A DNA stretch of 64,000 nucleotides from Tubiluchus corallicola (Eukaryota; Animalia; Priapulida), in NCBI GenBank assembly GCA_030141605.1, contig JAQGDQ010000006.1:1637067-1701066 (forward strand), read 5' to 3'. The stretch's first letter is position 1, and each line of letters begins with the position of its first letter. Under the pieces are notes generated by a model, which searched no databases, had not been told where the DNA came from, and worked only from the letters and a program-made list of their open reading frames with translations. Below, piece by piece: positions 25,562-38,400 of this stretch. Made by a program: the position numbers and the translations under genes.

Positions 25562-28500
25562 CAGTGAGTCGGCAGTATCACAGGTCACGTGACGCAAGTA
25601 AGCAATAGCTACCCTGCATCTTTATTCGAATAGCTCACAGCGCAAAAAAAGCTTCGTGCCAATCTAAAGGCGAACTATTCTGCGTTTCAGCGTTGCACGG
25701 CAATTAAAATCTCCACCGAACTTTCGTGTTGAACTGCAAACGTGAGCATTACATACAAATAAGATCTTGGAAATGTGGTATAACTTTTCCACCTAGACAT
25801 TTCATACTCAACATGCAGCTGGTCTTTTCTTGTCCTTTAAATGATCGGTTGTGTCCGAGTTTCACCACTTTTTGAGGATGCGGTAACTGTAATGTTATTT
25901 CAACATTTTTAACGTGCAGTTAACTTAGGAATTAATTACAGCCTATAAACTGTTAGCTCAGCTCTTTAAAAAACGAGCCCACTTCCTAAATTCCCATTTC
26001 CAGAATGGCTTAATAAAATTACAGGTCAATCGGGTAAACGATAATAATTTTGCACTTTTTTGAAAGCGACTTGCTGCTCCTGTTCTAATAGCATAAACAC
26101 TGCAGCAAATAACAAAAAGTCATATTATGAATGTACATATTATTGCGCTTTTTACTCATAATTGTGGAGCAGCTTTCATCGATTCAATGGCATGCAGCAT
26201 CGTTATTAATATATCCCTGGAACAGGATATGATCACATATTATGAGTCTTCTCTTCCTGGAGGTAACTTAAATTAATGACTTGCGTAACAGTAGTATAGA
26301 TAGACATTTCGCACCACAGAAAAATCGTATAATACTGCGCGCTACAGTCAAGCACGCAATTCTGCATAATTTTACATAATTCCAGACACATTTTAGATAA
26401 ATTCCCACAAAGTTAGTCACATGTATCATGATGTATGTCGTTTGGTAAAACTAAAAACACTTACCGTAAAAAAATTATAACATTTCCGCCAAGAATTTTT
26501 CCCATCCACCATTAGACAGCAATGCCAGCTTACAGCTATGAAGGTAGGGTTACCAAATTAACGTATTTTCAACAAGCATGAAGTTCTAGCAATCTTTGAC
26601 AAAACGTCGCCCTGCGGTCACTTTTAATCAACTGGACCTTATGTCGTATTGTTGTTTTGTTAACTCGCCAGTGAGCATTTCGTCGTCTGCTGATTGCACC
26701 TGTTGCGCTCAGGTGAAGATGCTTAGCTTCCGGCTTCAGCGAATGAATGTTGAAACCTCCTCTGGCTGAATCAACGAAGCTGTAATCAGATACAGCGCCA
26801 CACTGTGGCAAATACTCTAAACATTGTACATGCAGAACCAAGCCGTCTGTGTACACTTCACATTTTCATAGCAAATTTCCTTCAATAAAATAATGCAAAT
26901 GTTATGTGAAATTTAATATGAAAAGTTTGTATGTTTGTGAATGTCCTTATTGGATATTACATTCTCTGATATATTCCGTATAATTAAATAATCGTTTTAT
27001 ACTTTTTTGTTTGCATTTAGACACATTTGTCGTGAAACAGTGTTATTATTTTAACATTATGACTATAATGTTGAGGCTTACTCAGTTTTATTGTAAAAAC
27101 AATGAATCATTTTAATGAGAAATAAAATACTACTACTACTAATAATAAATGCCTAGGCGTTCAATGAGGGTGCCAATAGGAAGGAAAAAATTTACTATTT
27201 GTATAAAAGAGGACGTCTTATGATCAATTCTAATGTGCAATTCAGAGCCAATGCTAATGTATCAGGTTTTTAATTTACAGGCCAATGTTAAAGGAAAACA
27301 GGATAATTCTTCATATATTGCTCCATTTTCAGGTCAGATAAAAAGTATGCATTTTAACAGAGTTAATACTGCGAAAATTGTTTCTGATAACCAAGTAATA
27401 GATTTTAAACTTAATTAACGGCAGACGAGCACAACTATTCATGACATCACAAACTAAAATAATTTTCAACAACAAAATCTTTCCATGAGTACGTTGCACA
27501 GTTTGTTAAAGCGAAAATTGAAGTACAGTGCTACTGTAAGATTTCAGTGTGCTGTACTAAAATTAGGCAAGCTCTAAGATAAAAATTCACATTTCAAATT
27601 CACCTCTGTGCTCACACATAAGCTGTCTAACGTGTGTAGTTTGTCACAAACTAACACATGTAAACTGATAGGTACAGCACCTGTTTTTGTACAATGTATT
27701 TCCGAAATACAGACGCTACTGCCCATCCAACTACGAATGGCAAACAGCAAGGAACTAGTGACGCGAAAGCGAAATTGTGTTTGTGTGGTGGTAATAATTG
27801 TTTCACGTAAGTCACTTTTGAAAAAAAGTATGTTTCCTTTGAATATTTTAAAGAGTAGTTTGTTTTGACCTACAGTTTAAGATTGGGTCCAGTTTTGCTT
27901 TAAGAATTTAGTGCTCAGACATAGCTTTATTTCTCACACTTTTATGTATTATGTACCAGTTTGAAACTTCAACATTTTTCCAAAAATGCAAAAAGTGACA
28001 AATTTAGACAATATACAAGTACAGATTTAATTTATATATTATTTAATTGGTATGTCGGACACATGAAAATCAACATGTTTTTTCAAAATATTCAGCATTA
28101 GTCTTTTTGAGTTTGCCTTCAACTCATATTATTGTCATTTGTCTCTTACTAAAAAATCAGTTACGTTCACTTAAGAACTCAAATTAATTAGAAGCTTCTG
28201 AATAAACTACACGGGTTTCCTCTTTACGAAACATTAGAAAAACCACAAAAGCTTATGATGTTTTCTGGGACCATGATGACGTGGCTTGATTCTGATTATG
28301 TAAGTAATCTGATTATGCTATGACGTATAATATAATATGGCTTGATGTATATAATTCTGATTATGCTATGACATGTATAATATAATAAAGACAGATTTTA
28401 CTATTGCGAGTCAGCAGAGAGATAGCTTGTAAAAGCATCAGTAGAAAGAAATGGAAAGCAAAATACGTTCAAATAAATACAATCAAATTGAAAATATTCG

Positions 28501-29305
28501 TCATTTCTGACAACCAAAAATACGTGTATTATTGTGCTGACATGATAATAAAGATGACTGAGACATCAAATACACCTTGCAAGACTGAAGACAATTTCAG
28601 ACAATATTACATACGCAATAGATTACATAGGTCCCCATATTGATTTGATTACTGAGTGTAATCCGTAATAGGATACCCTGAACCTAGACCTGTGTGTGCA
28701 TTTTCAATGAAATCAAATAACATGTATCCCCTAAAATACAACCACAAACATAAATGCAGGCCATATGAGTGCTTGATAAAGACACATAGAAAACATATGT
28801 GCAACAGTAATACAAAAACTGTGCTTAAATCAAGTCATCTAAACCAAAAATCATTAGTATTCTTCAAGGTTATATACAGATGTAACCAACATTTCACTAG
28901 TGGCACACAGTGTTTTCTAGGAACTTAATTTCTTAGTACAGATCTGTTTAGAAGTTACGAAAATATCCCTAGTCTATTGCTTCAGACTTAAAAGTAATTT
29001 TTTATAATATCAACTTATACAGGAACTATTCTTCAAGAAATGGACTATGACCCCCCTATTGTTTGGAAAGCTTCTCGGATCTTATCCTAAATACTGCACA
29101 TTTCAAGCAATTTGTGAGACAAATTGTGGTCATCCCCAATAACAGAACAGGTTTGAATAAGAGCCTGGCATATGACACTCTGTGCCATCACCTTTGCAGA
29201 AAATGCTAAAATTAAAATTATTTACACAACTATAGCTATATGGAAAAGGGAAGAGTTAAGTGGTGTAGCCACGACTAAGCTTGCATTACAAGTAATGGGT
29301 TTAAA

Positions 29306-29426
29306 TTAGTCGAGAATGACGACTTGATCCGAGCGTCCAAAACCGGGAGTTTTCACGTTCACTCTTCGCCACGGTTTGCGAGCGATCTTTCTCAGTTCGA
29401 TTCCAGTCAACTGTTTACGAACTTTC
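29306..29426 (-). CDS. MTA1: MTA exon 12 (last coding exon)
   Basis: [23 protein letters not shown]...DQVVILD*; TAA at 29308-29306. Confidence 0.92.
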
Positions 29427-32400
29427 CTAAAAATAAGAAACAGCTCGAGCATAGGATACAAAACGCGATGAATATACATCTACTGCTTTTAAATTTTAAT
29501 ATTTCTATTGTTTATAACACAAGTATGTCAACGAAATCTGGTAAAAAAATTCCATGTAACAAACCTAGTATTATCAGTAGCATGGAAGTAGACATCATCG
29601 GGAGCCTCAACCCAGTTCAGTAAGTGTCTTTTTCCTGCGCGGTTCATCGAGATTTTATCCCGTCCGTTGAATCCATGTGCACCCATTCCCATCATAGCCT
29701 GCAGTCGCTGGGCACCGTACACGGCACTGGGACGCTGGAGAATTTGCCCAGTCTGAGGACTAGGAGCCAACACAGGACGCTTTGCTGGATGACCTATTAA
29801 AACAAAAAAGCAATGACTGTTATGGGCGATGTGACATTAATTTGCAATATCATGTACCTAATAAGAGGCTTACAGCATCTTTAATATAACTGTCAACACT
29901 GGACAATGGTTTGCAGACAATCACTAAAATAACTTGGGAAATTAAACTTGTAAATGTAAGAAATGTAAAAATGTAAAGCCGAGAATCGAACATTTTATCG
30001 ACTGTGTTCAACTGAATATAATCCAATTCACAATTCAATCCAACTAACAATTACGTTGAGTGTACGTACTCCCCTTTAAACAAGAAAATTCTGTAACAAT
30101 GAGCAACAGTCATTTTCCTCTGTAACCTATTGCATTTTTCATTATGACCGTCACTTGACCCCTGACTAGATCATCATCTAGCATTTCTTTGCTACTTGGT
30201 ACAATGCAATGAAACGTGTCATACAGAAACAAATATATTCAGTTTTCAGCAACATGATGGTCACCTCGTATAAGGTTTCTTTGCCGTCTTTTTCAATTAT
30301 TGATTAAATACAGCGGATTGGTTGGCTATTTTTGTCAAACCTCAACTACATCTTCTCATGGTCCTTAAGAAAAACTGATAAGCGATTGCCAATGTATTGA
30401 CAAGCCAAGAAGGAACATGTAAGTTTTCGACAAGAGGCTGGTTAATAGTTGTACATTGATTTGCAGTTTTCCATCTGTCTTCAGGTCAGTCTTTTATCCT
30501 CTGTCCATTAGTGCTCACTTAACAGAATCTGATAAATGCTTGACAGAGTTTGGACAAAATCGTTGACATGTTCTAGCGCAAAAGCATCCTAAGGAACATC
30601 TCATCGTTCAAGTTTCGGACAATTATTGAAAATGTAGGTTTTACTTTGAAGGCAAAAAATTTATAAGTACTTGGGAACATAAAGCATAAAAACAATTTTT
30701 AATCGATGATAAATGATCTGAACGCTAAATGGAATAAAAAATTACAAAATCTTAACACTAAGTTAATTCAATACGAGCTAATCCCAAACACAACCCTTCA
30801 TTTATCTAATAGTACAGTATTAATGGCAGTGAGGGGTGGGGCACTCATTTTAAGCTGAAATCTTTAATAACAATGTAACTGCTGCTTACGATAATAGAAG
30901 CCGGGAGCTTAAATACAAAATTTTGTAGATTTATTCTATGAGTTAGCAATAAATTTAATACGAGCGCAGTACAGGGCGAACTTGGCAAATAGCCCATTGG
31001 TATAAATATAATCTGTAGAATATAATCGGTATAAATAATTGGCTACTGGATAAGTCTAATCAATGTGATAAACAAAATGGAGAAAAAGTTTCACTGATAT
31101 TTTAAGCTTAAATGTCCTGCCTTTACATCTATGAATAATGATGACAGACACTTGTTTTCGGCAGGAAGTGGCAATCAAAAAACATTACTAGTTGTTTGTA
31201 ATTTAATACGCAAACGTTTTCTAAATAGGAAGGATTTACGGAATTTAATATTTATACATTTTATTGTTACCTGATTTTGTTAAAGTGTTACTTGTGTATG
31301 TATAGTTGGGTTTATGGCATACATCAGGGTTTGATGTTGTTTTATAATATGTTATGTATCAATTTGTACTTATATTTCTTTTTGGCATTTTGTACGTAAT
31401 GACCATGCACTCTGATAAATACACTTTCATTCAATAAATTATTTAAAATATTCAGATGATAATTAGTGTGATAATAATTTGAATTTTTTTCTCTCGACTC
31501 AGTATTTCTTCCTCCATAGAATGGTGTTGGTCCCATGTAAAATTGTGGTTGTGTACGCAAGAGATAGAAAACATGTTTATTTTTAAAAAAACAAAACAAT
31601 TATTTTATCGTCTGTTTATCGTACCAACCTTGCCGTTTTAATTTTACTTTAGTCAAAATGATTAATCAGACAATAAACTTACTTAAAGGACAAAAAACTT
31701 TACTTACATAAAACTAAAAAAATCACCTTGAAATTTTGTATCACCTACATGCTGTCTTATTGCGTACAGAGCTTGTATTAGCAGCATCGCTAGATAAAAC
31801 TTGAAAACTCCCGCGACGACCATCAGGTACAGCCATTTTAATGGCAGGTCATTTAAAATAAGTTGAAAAAATAATCAGAGCATTCGTAGCGCACATTTCA
31901 CTAACTGAACAAAGGTACAAATTGCTGAAACTTGTCAAAAAGATTAAAAATAAGTTTTTTTTGGCGAGTTAGAAGTGCAAACTTGAAGGGTGAGCCAATG
32001 ACATTTTACCAATTGGTGGCGAGAACACTACAATTTTCTTTCCCACTTACATACATTTTTCAACTAAGCATGATGCAAAGTGCTATAACTTTGTGTGGCA
32101 AGTTTTTTGGGATTTAAAACTGCTCGTTATTCCACTTTAATTTCAAGCACCAGACTGATCTACTCAATATCACATTCCAAGAAACTAATCTAAGGAAACT
32201 TACCATCACCACCTGCATGATCAAATGCACGTTTCTTCATGATGGTGGGTGCCAAGTTACCAATACCTGTGCTGCCACCTGTAACCATTTCAGACATTCT
32301 CTGCAGTGGATCAGTTACAGAACGAGCAGGCCTGGCACTTTTACGCTCTGAAATAAATGTAAGAATTGCAATCACCAATGCAATGCAATGCAGCAAACGT

Positions 32401-35400
32401 TAAATGATGCTCCAAGTCATAGGAAAAATCAAGCTGCACTAAGCATCTTGAACTCCCAGTAAGGTTCTTTTACCTTCTTAGATAAGCTACGTTTTGTCTA
32501 GGAATCGAGTGAATTCTACGAAAAACTGGAAAGCTAAATACAGAAATTTACAGTTTACAATGGCCCAGTCCATGAATGAACTTCGACAAATGTAAAGCTT
32601 TTGCTTGCATTTAGTCAAAGTACTTCCTTAAGACTGACTAAGTCAACCACACAAGCAATCTCATCAGCCAAGACAGCTTTCTAGATGGATAAGCTACGCT
32701 CACTATTGAAAACAAAGTTCTTATTTGATGAAACATAATGATGTGAAATTTCCCCTTACTTGTCTAGTATTCGTGTTTCAAAAATTAGAGGTGGCAACAT
32801 CCTTCAAATTAATTGACAAGCTTACGTGATACGCGGTCCTCCCGAGGCATTATCGCAGCGGGCTTGACGGGCGTGTCCCGAGACTCTCTAGTTGCAGTTC
32901 CTCCGGTAAGAACGTCTGGTTTGCCAGTTGATAAATCTATTCCCAAGCGTGCCACAATGTCGTCTGTTCCTGATCGCTTCTTAGCAACCATCTTGCCTAT
33001 AATTACGTAAACACTGTACATGTATTATGGTGCAACTGTGATAGCTTAACAAAATCTACGCAAGCATGTAACATTTCAAAATGGCCAACCAAACCTATAA
33101 GACGAATCAATGACTTGAATTAAAATACTACATTACGGAGAGAAATAAGGCAATTCAAAGAATCAACTAAAGGGTGGGTTGTGCTAACGCATTATCTATT
33201 TTACAGTTGACTTAAACCTGCCACTCTGTACGACAGAGTGGATGCTCGTACAAACACATTATCTGACTTCTGCTCTCATCAAGGATTTGGATGGTTTCTA
33301 GATGAAGCTTACTCATGGAATGACCAGAATAGCAAAAACAGTTGCAGGTATAGTCTGGTTCTGAGGGTGCCCTCATCACTGAGTTCACGTCGGTGTAACT
33401 TAAGCCAGCCACAAAAAAATTGTTTCTGTCTTACCTCATCAACTCAAAAGATGGCAGCAGGAAGGGAAGAAAATTTTTTTTTAAAGCTTTGTGAATGTGA
33501 ATCGTGGAATATCAATTTCATTTGAAATTGAAGTTTGTTTACTTTCCACTGGTTAGTAGTAATGCTTTAAATTTTTTCAATGCACATTTATCACGCTTTG
33601 ATTTTTAGCTTTTTGTTTCACATTACTAAACTGTCGTACAGTATCAATTATCATGTAGTCTCTTTTTTGTATAGTACAAATATATGATCTGATAATCACG
33701 CCTAAGCGGCAGTACTACTCGGGCGTTAATAGCCATTAATATGCTGATTAGGCAGAAAAAATTATACGTTCTAGCCTCCAATACAGTAATCAGCATCATA
33801 CAAAATGGCAACCCTGGAGAGTTTGGCAACCCAAAAAACATGGATGCATCCTCGCTGAAATAATAATTATTGCATTTTACATTTGAAATTAAAAAGAATG
33901 AGTCGGTGAGACTTAATAGGGAAAAGCTGGGAAGAAGAAGATTTGAAATTTAAAAAAATACTATTTTACATGAGTGTGTCAGTATATGAACATACAAAAA
34001 CAATTATAAAATTACCCGGGTGATTAGATGGAAACAGAAGTATTTTTACTGTCGGCCTTAGGCATGAGAATCATAATTATTAATCCCCTCCTACATGCTT
34101 TGCCCACCCTATTGTCACAAAGTTTGTTAGGCCAACATTAACATGTTGTTTTTTAGTTTTTTTATCTGCACCTGCGAGCGTTCAATGTAATAGTAGTATA
34201 CTAGTACTTATAACTGTAGAACAGTAGCAGTGGGAAAGGCAGCAGCAACAATTACTGAGTTCATTGCCTTTTAAATGTCTACTTAAAACAATGTGGGAAT
34301 CAAGAAATGGCTTCACTCTACCAATCTATAATTTATAAACTAATAGAAATGGCTTCACTCTACCAATCTATAATTTATAAACTAATAGACTATTTACTCA
34401 GCAAAATGAAATATTTGTTATGGCTTTCATAACCTTACTTTGAATAAAATGGATGTATCCATATAATCTGCTTAAAATGTATATGAAGTATGACTATCAC
34501 ACATTTTAATTAAACTGTAATTATGTTAACCAACCTAAAGGTTTGTCTTTATCAGCAGCAATCCTAGCTTGGCATTCTGCTTTAATCGCTGCTGCATTGA
34601 TTGGTTCAAAAGGTTTTCGCCCGGCGTGTCGAACTCGCAACATGTCACCACACACTCTCCGAGCAAGACGAGTCAGAGGTGTAGTGTGCAGGCAGAATGC
34701 TGCCCGAGTCTTTACAATGGGACGAGGACTCCCGGAGCGCATCGCGAAGCCATGCATAGCTGCACAGTGACGAACCAGCTGCGTGCGCATCTTAAACTCC
34801 TTTCCACAACCTGCAAATGAACAAATTTGAACGTGCAATCATAAACCAGGACTATGAAACAGCCAAAAGACTAAACATGAAAATGATTTCTTTGTTGATT
34901 CAAGAAGCCAGAAAATCAATAATGTTTTGATGCAAAATAAAAATGTTTCTTTCACAAAAAGTGCGAATGAGAAAAAAAATGAGAAAAACTGTGTTCTTTG
35001 TATTTATTTCCAGTCCTTTAAAACACTAGTTTTCATGAACTTTTTCAAGTATTTCCTAGCAAAAATTTGCTCACATATGCAAAAATACCTCCATAACTGT
35101 AGTTCATTCAGCCTATCAGCACATGTGAAAATAAAGAGAAAACCATTAATAATTATGCTGGAAATTTTGATAGAAGTGAGAGTTCAGTGGACAGGGTTCC
35201 TACAGAATTTTAAAATAAATTTCCATGACCTCCGAAACTTTTACCTGACCAAATATAGATTTTCCATGACGAAGATAAGCAGAAACTGTATTACCAGTAA
35301 ACGTAATTAAACATTTTTATGTGTGGACATTCATACATATACTGATATATAATGTGTCTGCACAATTGCAGTAGTGCTAACGAAATGACACTAATTACAT

Positions 35401-38400
35401 TAAATAAACTTTCTTAATCCAATCATTATTTTTGGCACAGAAATTGAAACTGGGAGCCTGCCATAGCAAAATTTTATTTGAATACGAATCGCTGAAAAAT
35501 ATGTTTGAAAAAATATCGGTCCATGGTGATTATTTTTGCAACGATTTCCAATTTCCCGGACTTTTCACCCCATTTTCATCATTTTCCCTGACTTTTCCAT
35601 GACTTTCCAGGATAGCCTGCATTTTTAAGGATTTTCCCTGACCGTGGGAACCTGAGTGGAGCATGCATGTGACGGAAAAGGAGAGTAAATATTTCTACTG
35701 ACATTCATAAGTTCTTATCAAGGTTGTAGAGTTGTGTTTAATTTGACAAGATATATTCAATGTGAATTTTCTTTTATATTTAAAATAAATCGAGTCCAAA
35801 AAATGTTGCATGATTTTAATAAGTAAAACTGAACTGTTACTGTCACCTTGAATAATTTTCAACTCACCAAGAACACTGCATTTATATGTCTGCATCTGCA
35901 TCTGAGCAGCCTGATTTTCTGCCTGCTCTAATCGGGTTGGCATTTTCAGGCCTCCGTACTTCTTCCAGTATGTCCAGCAGTTGGCACAAACACGACAGTG
36001 CAGGTGCGATGCACCCCAAGCATACCTGGGAAAAAAAACGTAAATAAAAATAGTGAAGTTCAACACAATAATTGCAGAAGAATTTAAAGTCAACAAACTG
36101 ATCATTAGTGCCTTGGAATATTTTATACAATTTGCCACTCAGTACGCCAAGTTCAAGCCACTAGTAACAAGGATTATGTATTTTGACATGCATTTTTGAG
36201 GATAGAAGCTTCTCACAGTATCCTTTAAGATGAGAAATTGAACTGCTCATTTTTATTTATTTATTTTTAGTTATTACGAAAACACCAAACAACAATACAA
36301 TATAGCAAAACACATTACGATGACAAGGTGTACATAAGATTATATAATTACATTAATTTCATAATAAAATTGGCATGACATGATATCATTAATGATGCAG
36401 GTGTTAGGGTGCAAAAAGGGAAGGTAAAAAATGATGGACTGATAGTGTAGGAGATGGGAATTAGTACGATTAGGTTAGTGAAATGATGTGGATTAGTTGA
36501 ATATGAGATTGCTATTAAGACATTGCAAAAATATATATATATATTTATGAACAGAAGTACACTATCGGCCAGTCTGTCACTCACTGTAAATCTGAACATA
36601 CGCGTGAACATACTATACAAGGTCAACCTTTAATTCGCATTAAAGAATAAAGTTTTCAAACTTTTTTTGAATCTTGGTAACGACGAAGTTGAATTAGTAC
36701 TTGCAGGTATTTTGTTCCGCATGGTTATTGTCTCTTTACCACATTTGGAAGCACTTATCTCAAGAAATCTCTGACAGATAAACCCAATTGCCAAAACAGC
36801 TTACCACTGATGTGAAACACTGGTAAAGCAGCTTTCACACGCACGAGAATCGACACCCTCAAATCCATTTCTTTGGCCCTGAATTGCTGCAGGGTTAGGT
36901 TTGTTGTAGTTTGGAATGTACACTTGTTTCAACTTGCTTTCTGCCTCAACGGCTTTTACACGTTTCTGCTGTACATAACGGTCTGTTGTTTTCCACATGT
37001 AGTAGTATCTGAAATAAAAAAATGGATCACATAGAGTATAAAAAAACATAAAATTTTGAATGATCACCCAACGAAAAGATCGACGCTGGTCTCCACCAAC
37101 TATGGCTTCGAACAATAACCTTTATTGAAAAATACTAAGCTAGAAAATTAATGCAGTGTTTGTGTTCTTTTTAAACAACTTTCACTCTTATAATTTCCAA
37201 ACACACTTTTTTATCAAAAAACCATTTTACCATATTTCCAAGAAACACTTAAGCTCTTAAAAGGTTTTTCAGACCTAATATTATATTACTACTCCTTGCA
37301 AAATAAAATTATGGATGTAAAATTGCAATCTAGCACCTGGATGTAAGGTATACCACTAATGTCACACAACTACATAAGGTAAAAGCAAAAAAACTAACCA
37401 GTTCTTCATAATTTTAATGGCTACTCAAGCATCTGTTTATCTTAAGCAACAATTCAATGAACAAACACTTCACAATTAAATAGTACAGCAGGAAATAAAG
37501 TTAAGATTATATACTAAAGAGTGATTGCTCTGAGTTCTAACAATTTCTCATCATTGTTTCATCTGCCATATTGGTGAACTGTTGACAAGTTGGCTTCTGG
37601 TAGTGAAATGTCGCAAATCTTAAATCTATAAACCAAATTTTCAACATTACTGTACATGCGCATACTCTATAATGTTCTTTAAAGATTTCCATGGTAAGAA
37701 GTCTTGTCTAATGTCACCAAAATCTTTTCCGTATTTCTCAATGGCTTCTTCAAAAAGATTTGCTTCGGCAGCCGACCACTCCTCCATTTCATCGCGACAC
37801 AAGACTGGGCCACTTGGTGGCACAAGTGTTGAAATTGCCTTTGAGAGATCGTAACCTATAAAAAATACACTCTAGCAAGACGTTGTTAACCGCAAAAAAA
37901 ATTAAAAGTACATTATTGTATTAATGTACACAAAAGTGCATTAATTATAATAACTGCAAACAGGTTAACTAAACTGTGTAAATAAAATTTAGCTATATTT
38001 TTCTATCTAATAAAAAATACCACTCTATAAATTACAGAAAAGTAACAACATGAGACAGGCTTTCCAACGTTCACTACGTTTCAAACTTCAATTATAGAAA
38101 CCTTGATAAAATCCTCAAAAATCATACTCACTGCTAACACATACTGTGTTTTAAATATAGTAATTTTTAAATAAAAACTGTCATTTCAAAGGCACCTTTA
38201 CACTAACAACCAATAAATTGGTTGGTTACTATTAATTTAAGCAAGCTTAGACAAATTTTTTTAAGTTATATCGGATACAGTATATAGTTGCAGCTAGTAC
38301 TTTGGCCAGAAATCTAAGCTCTCTAAAGCTAATACAGTAGGTGTCACTTAATAGACTCACTTTGGGACCGAAGTGTTTTTGTCCAATTAACCGACTGAAC

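Noticed and set aside
26569-26856. 95-aa minus-strand ORF beginning YTDG (RNase H-like?)
   Set aside because: GTG start and no further RNase H motifs; more likely promoter-like non-coding sequence.
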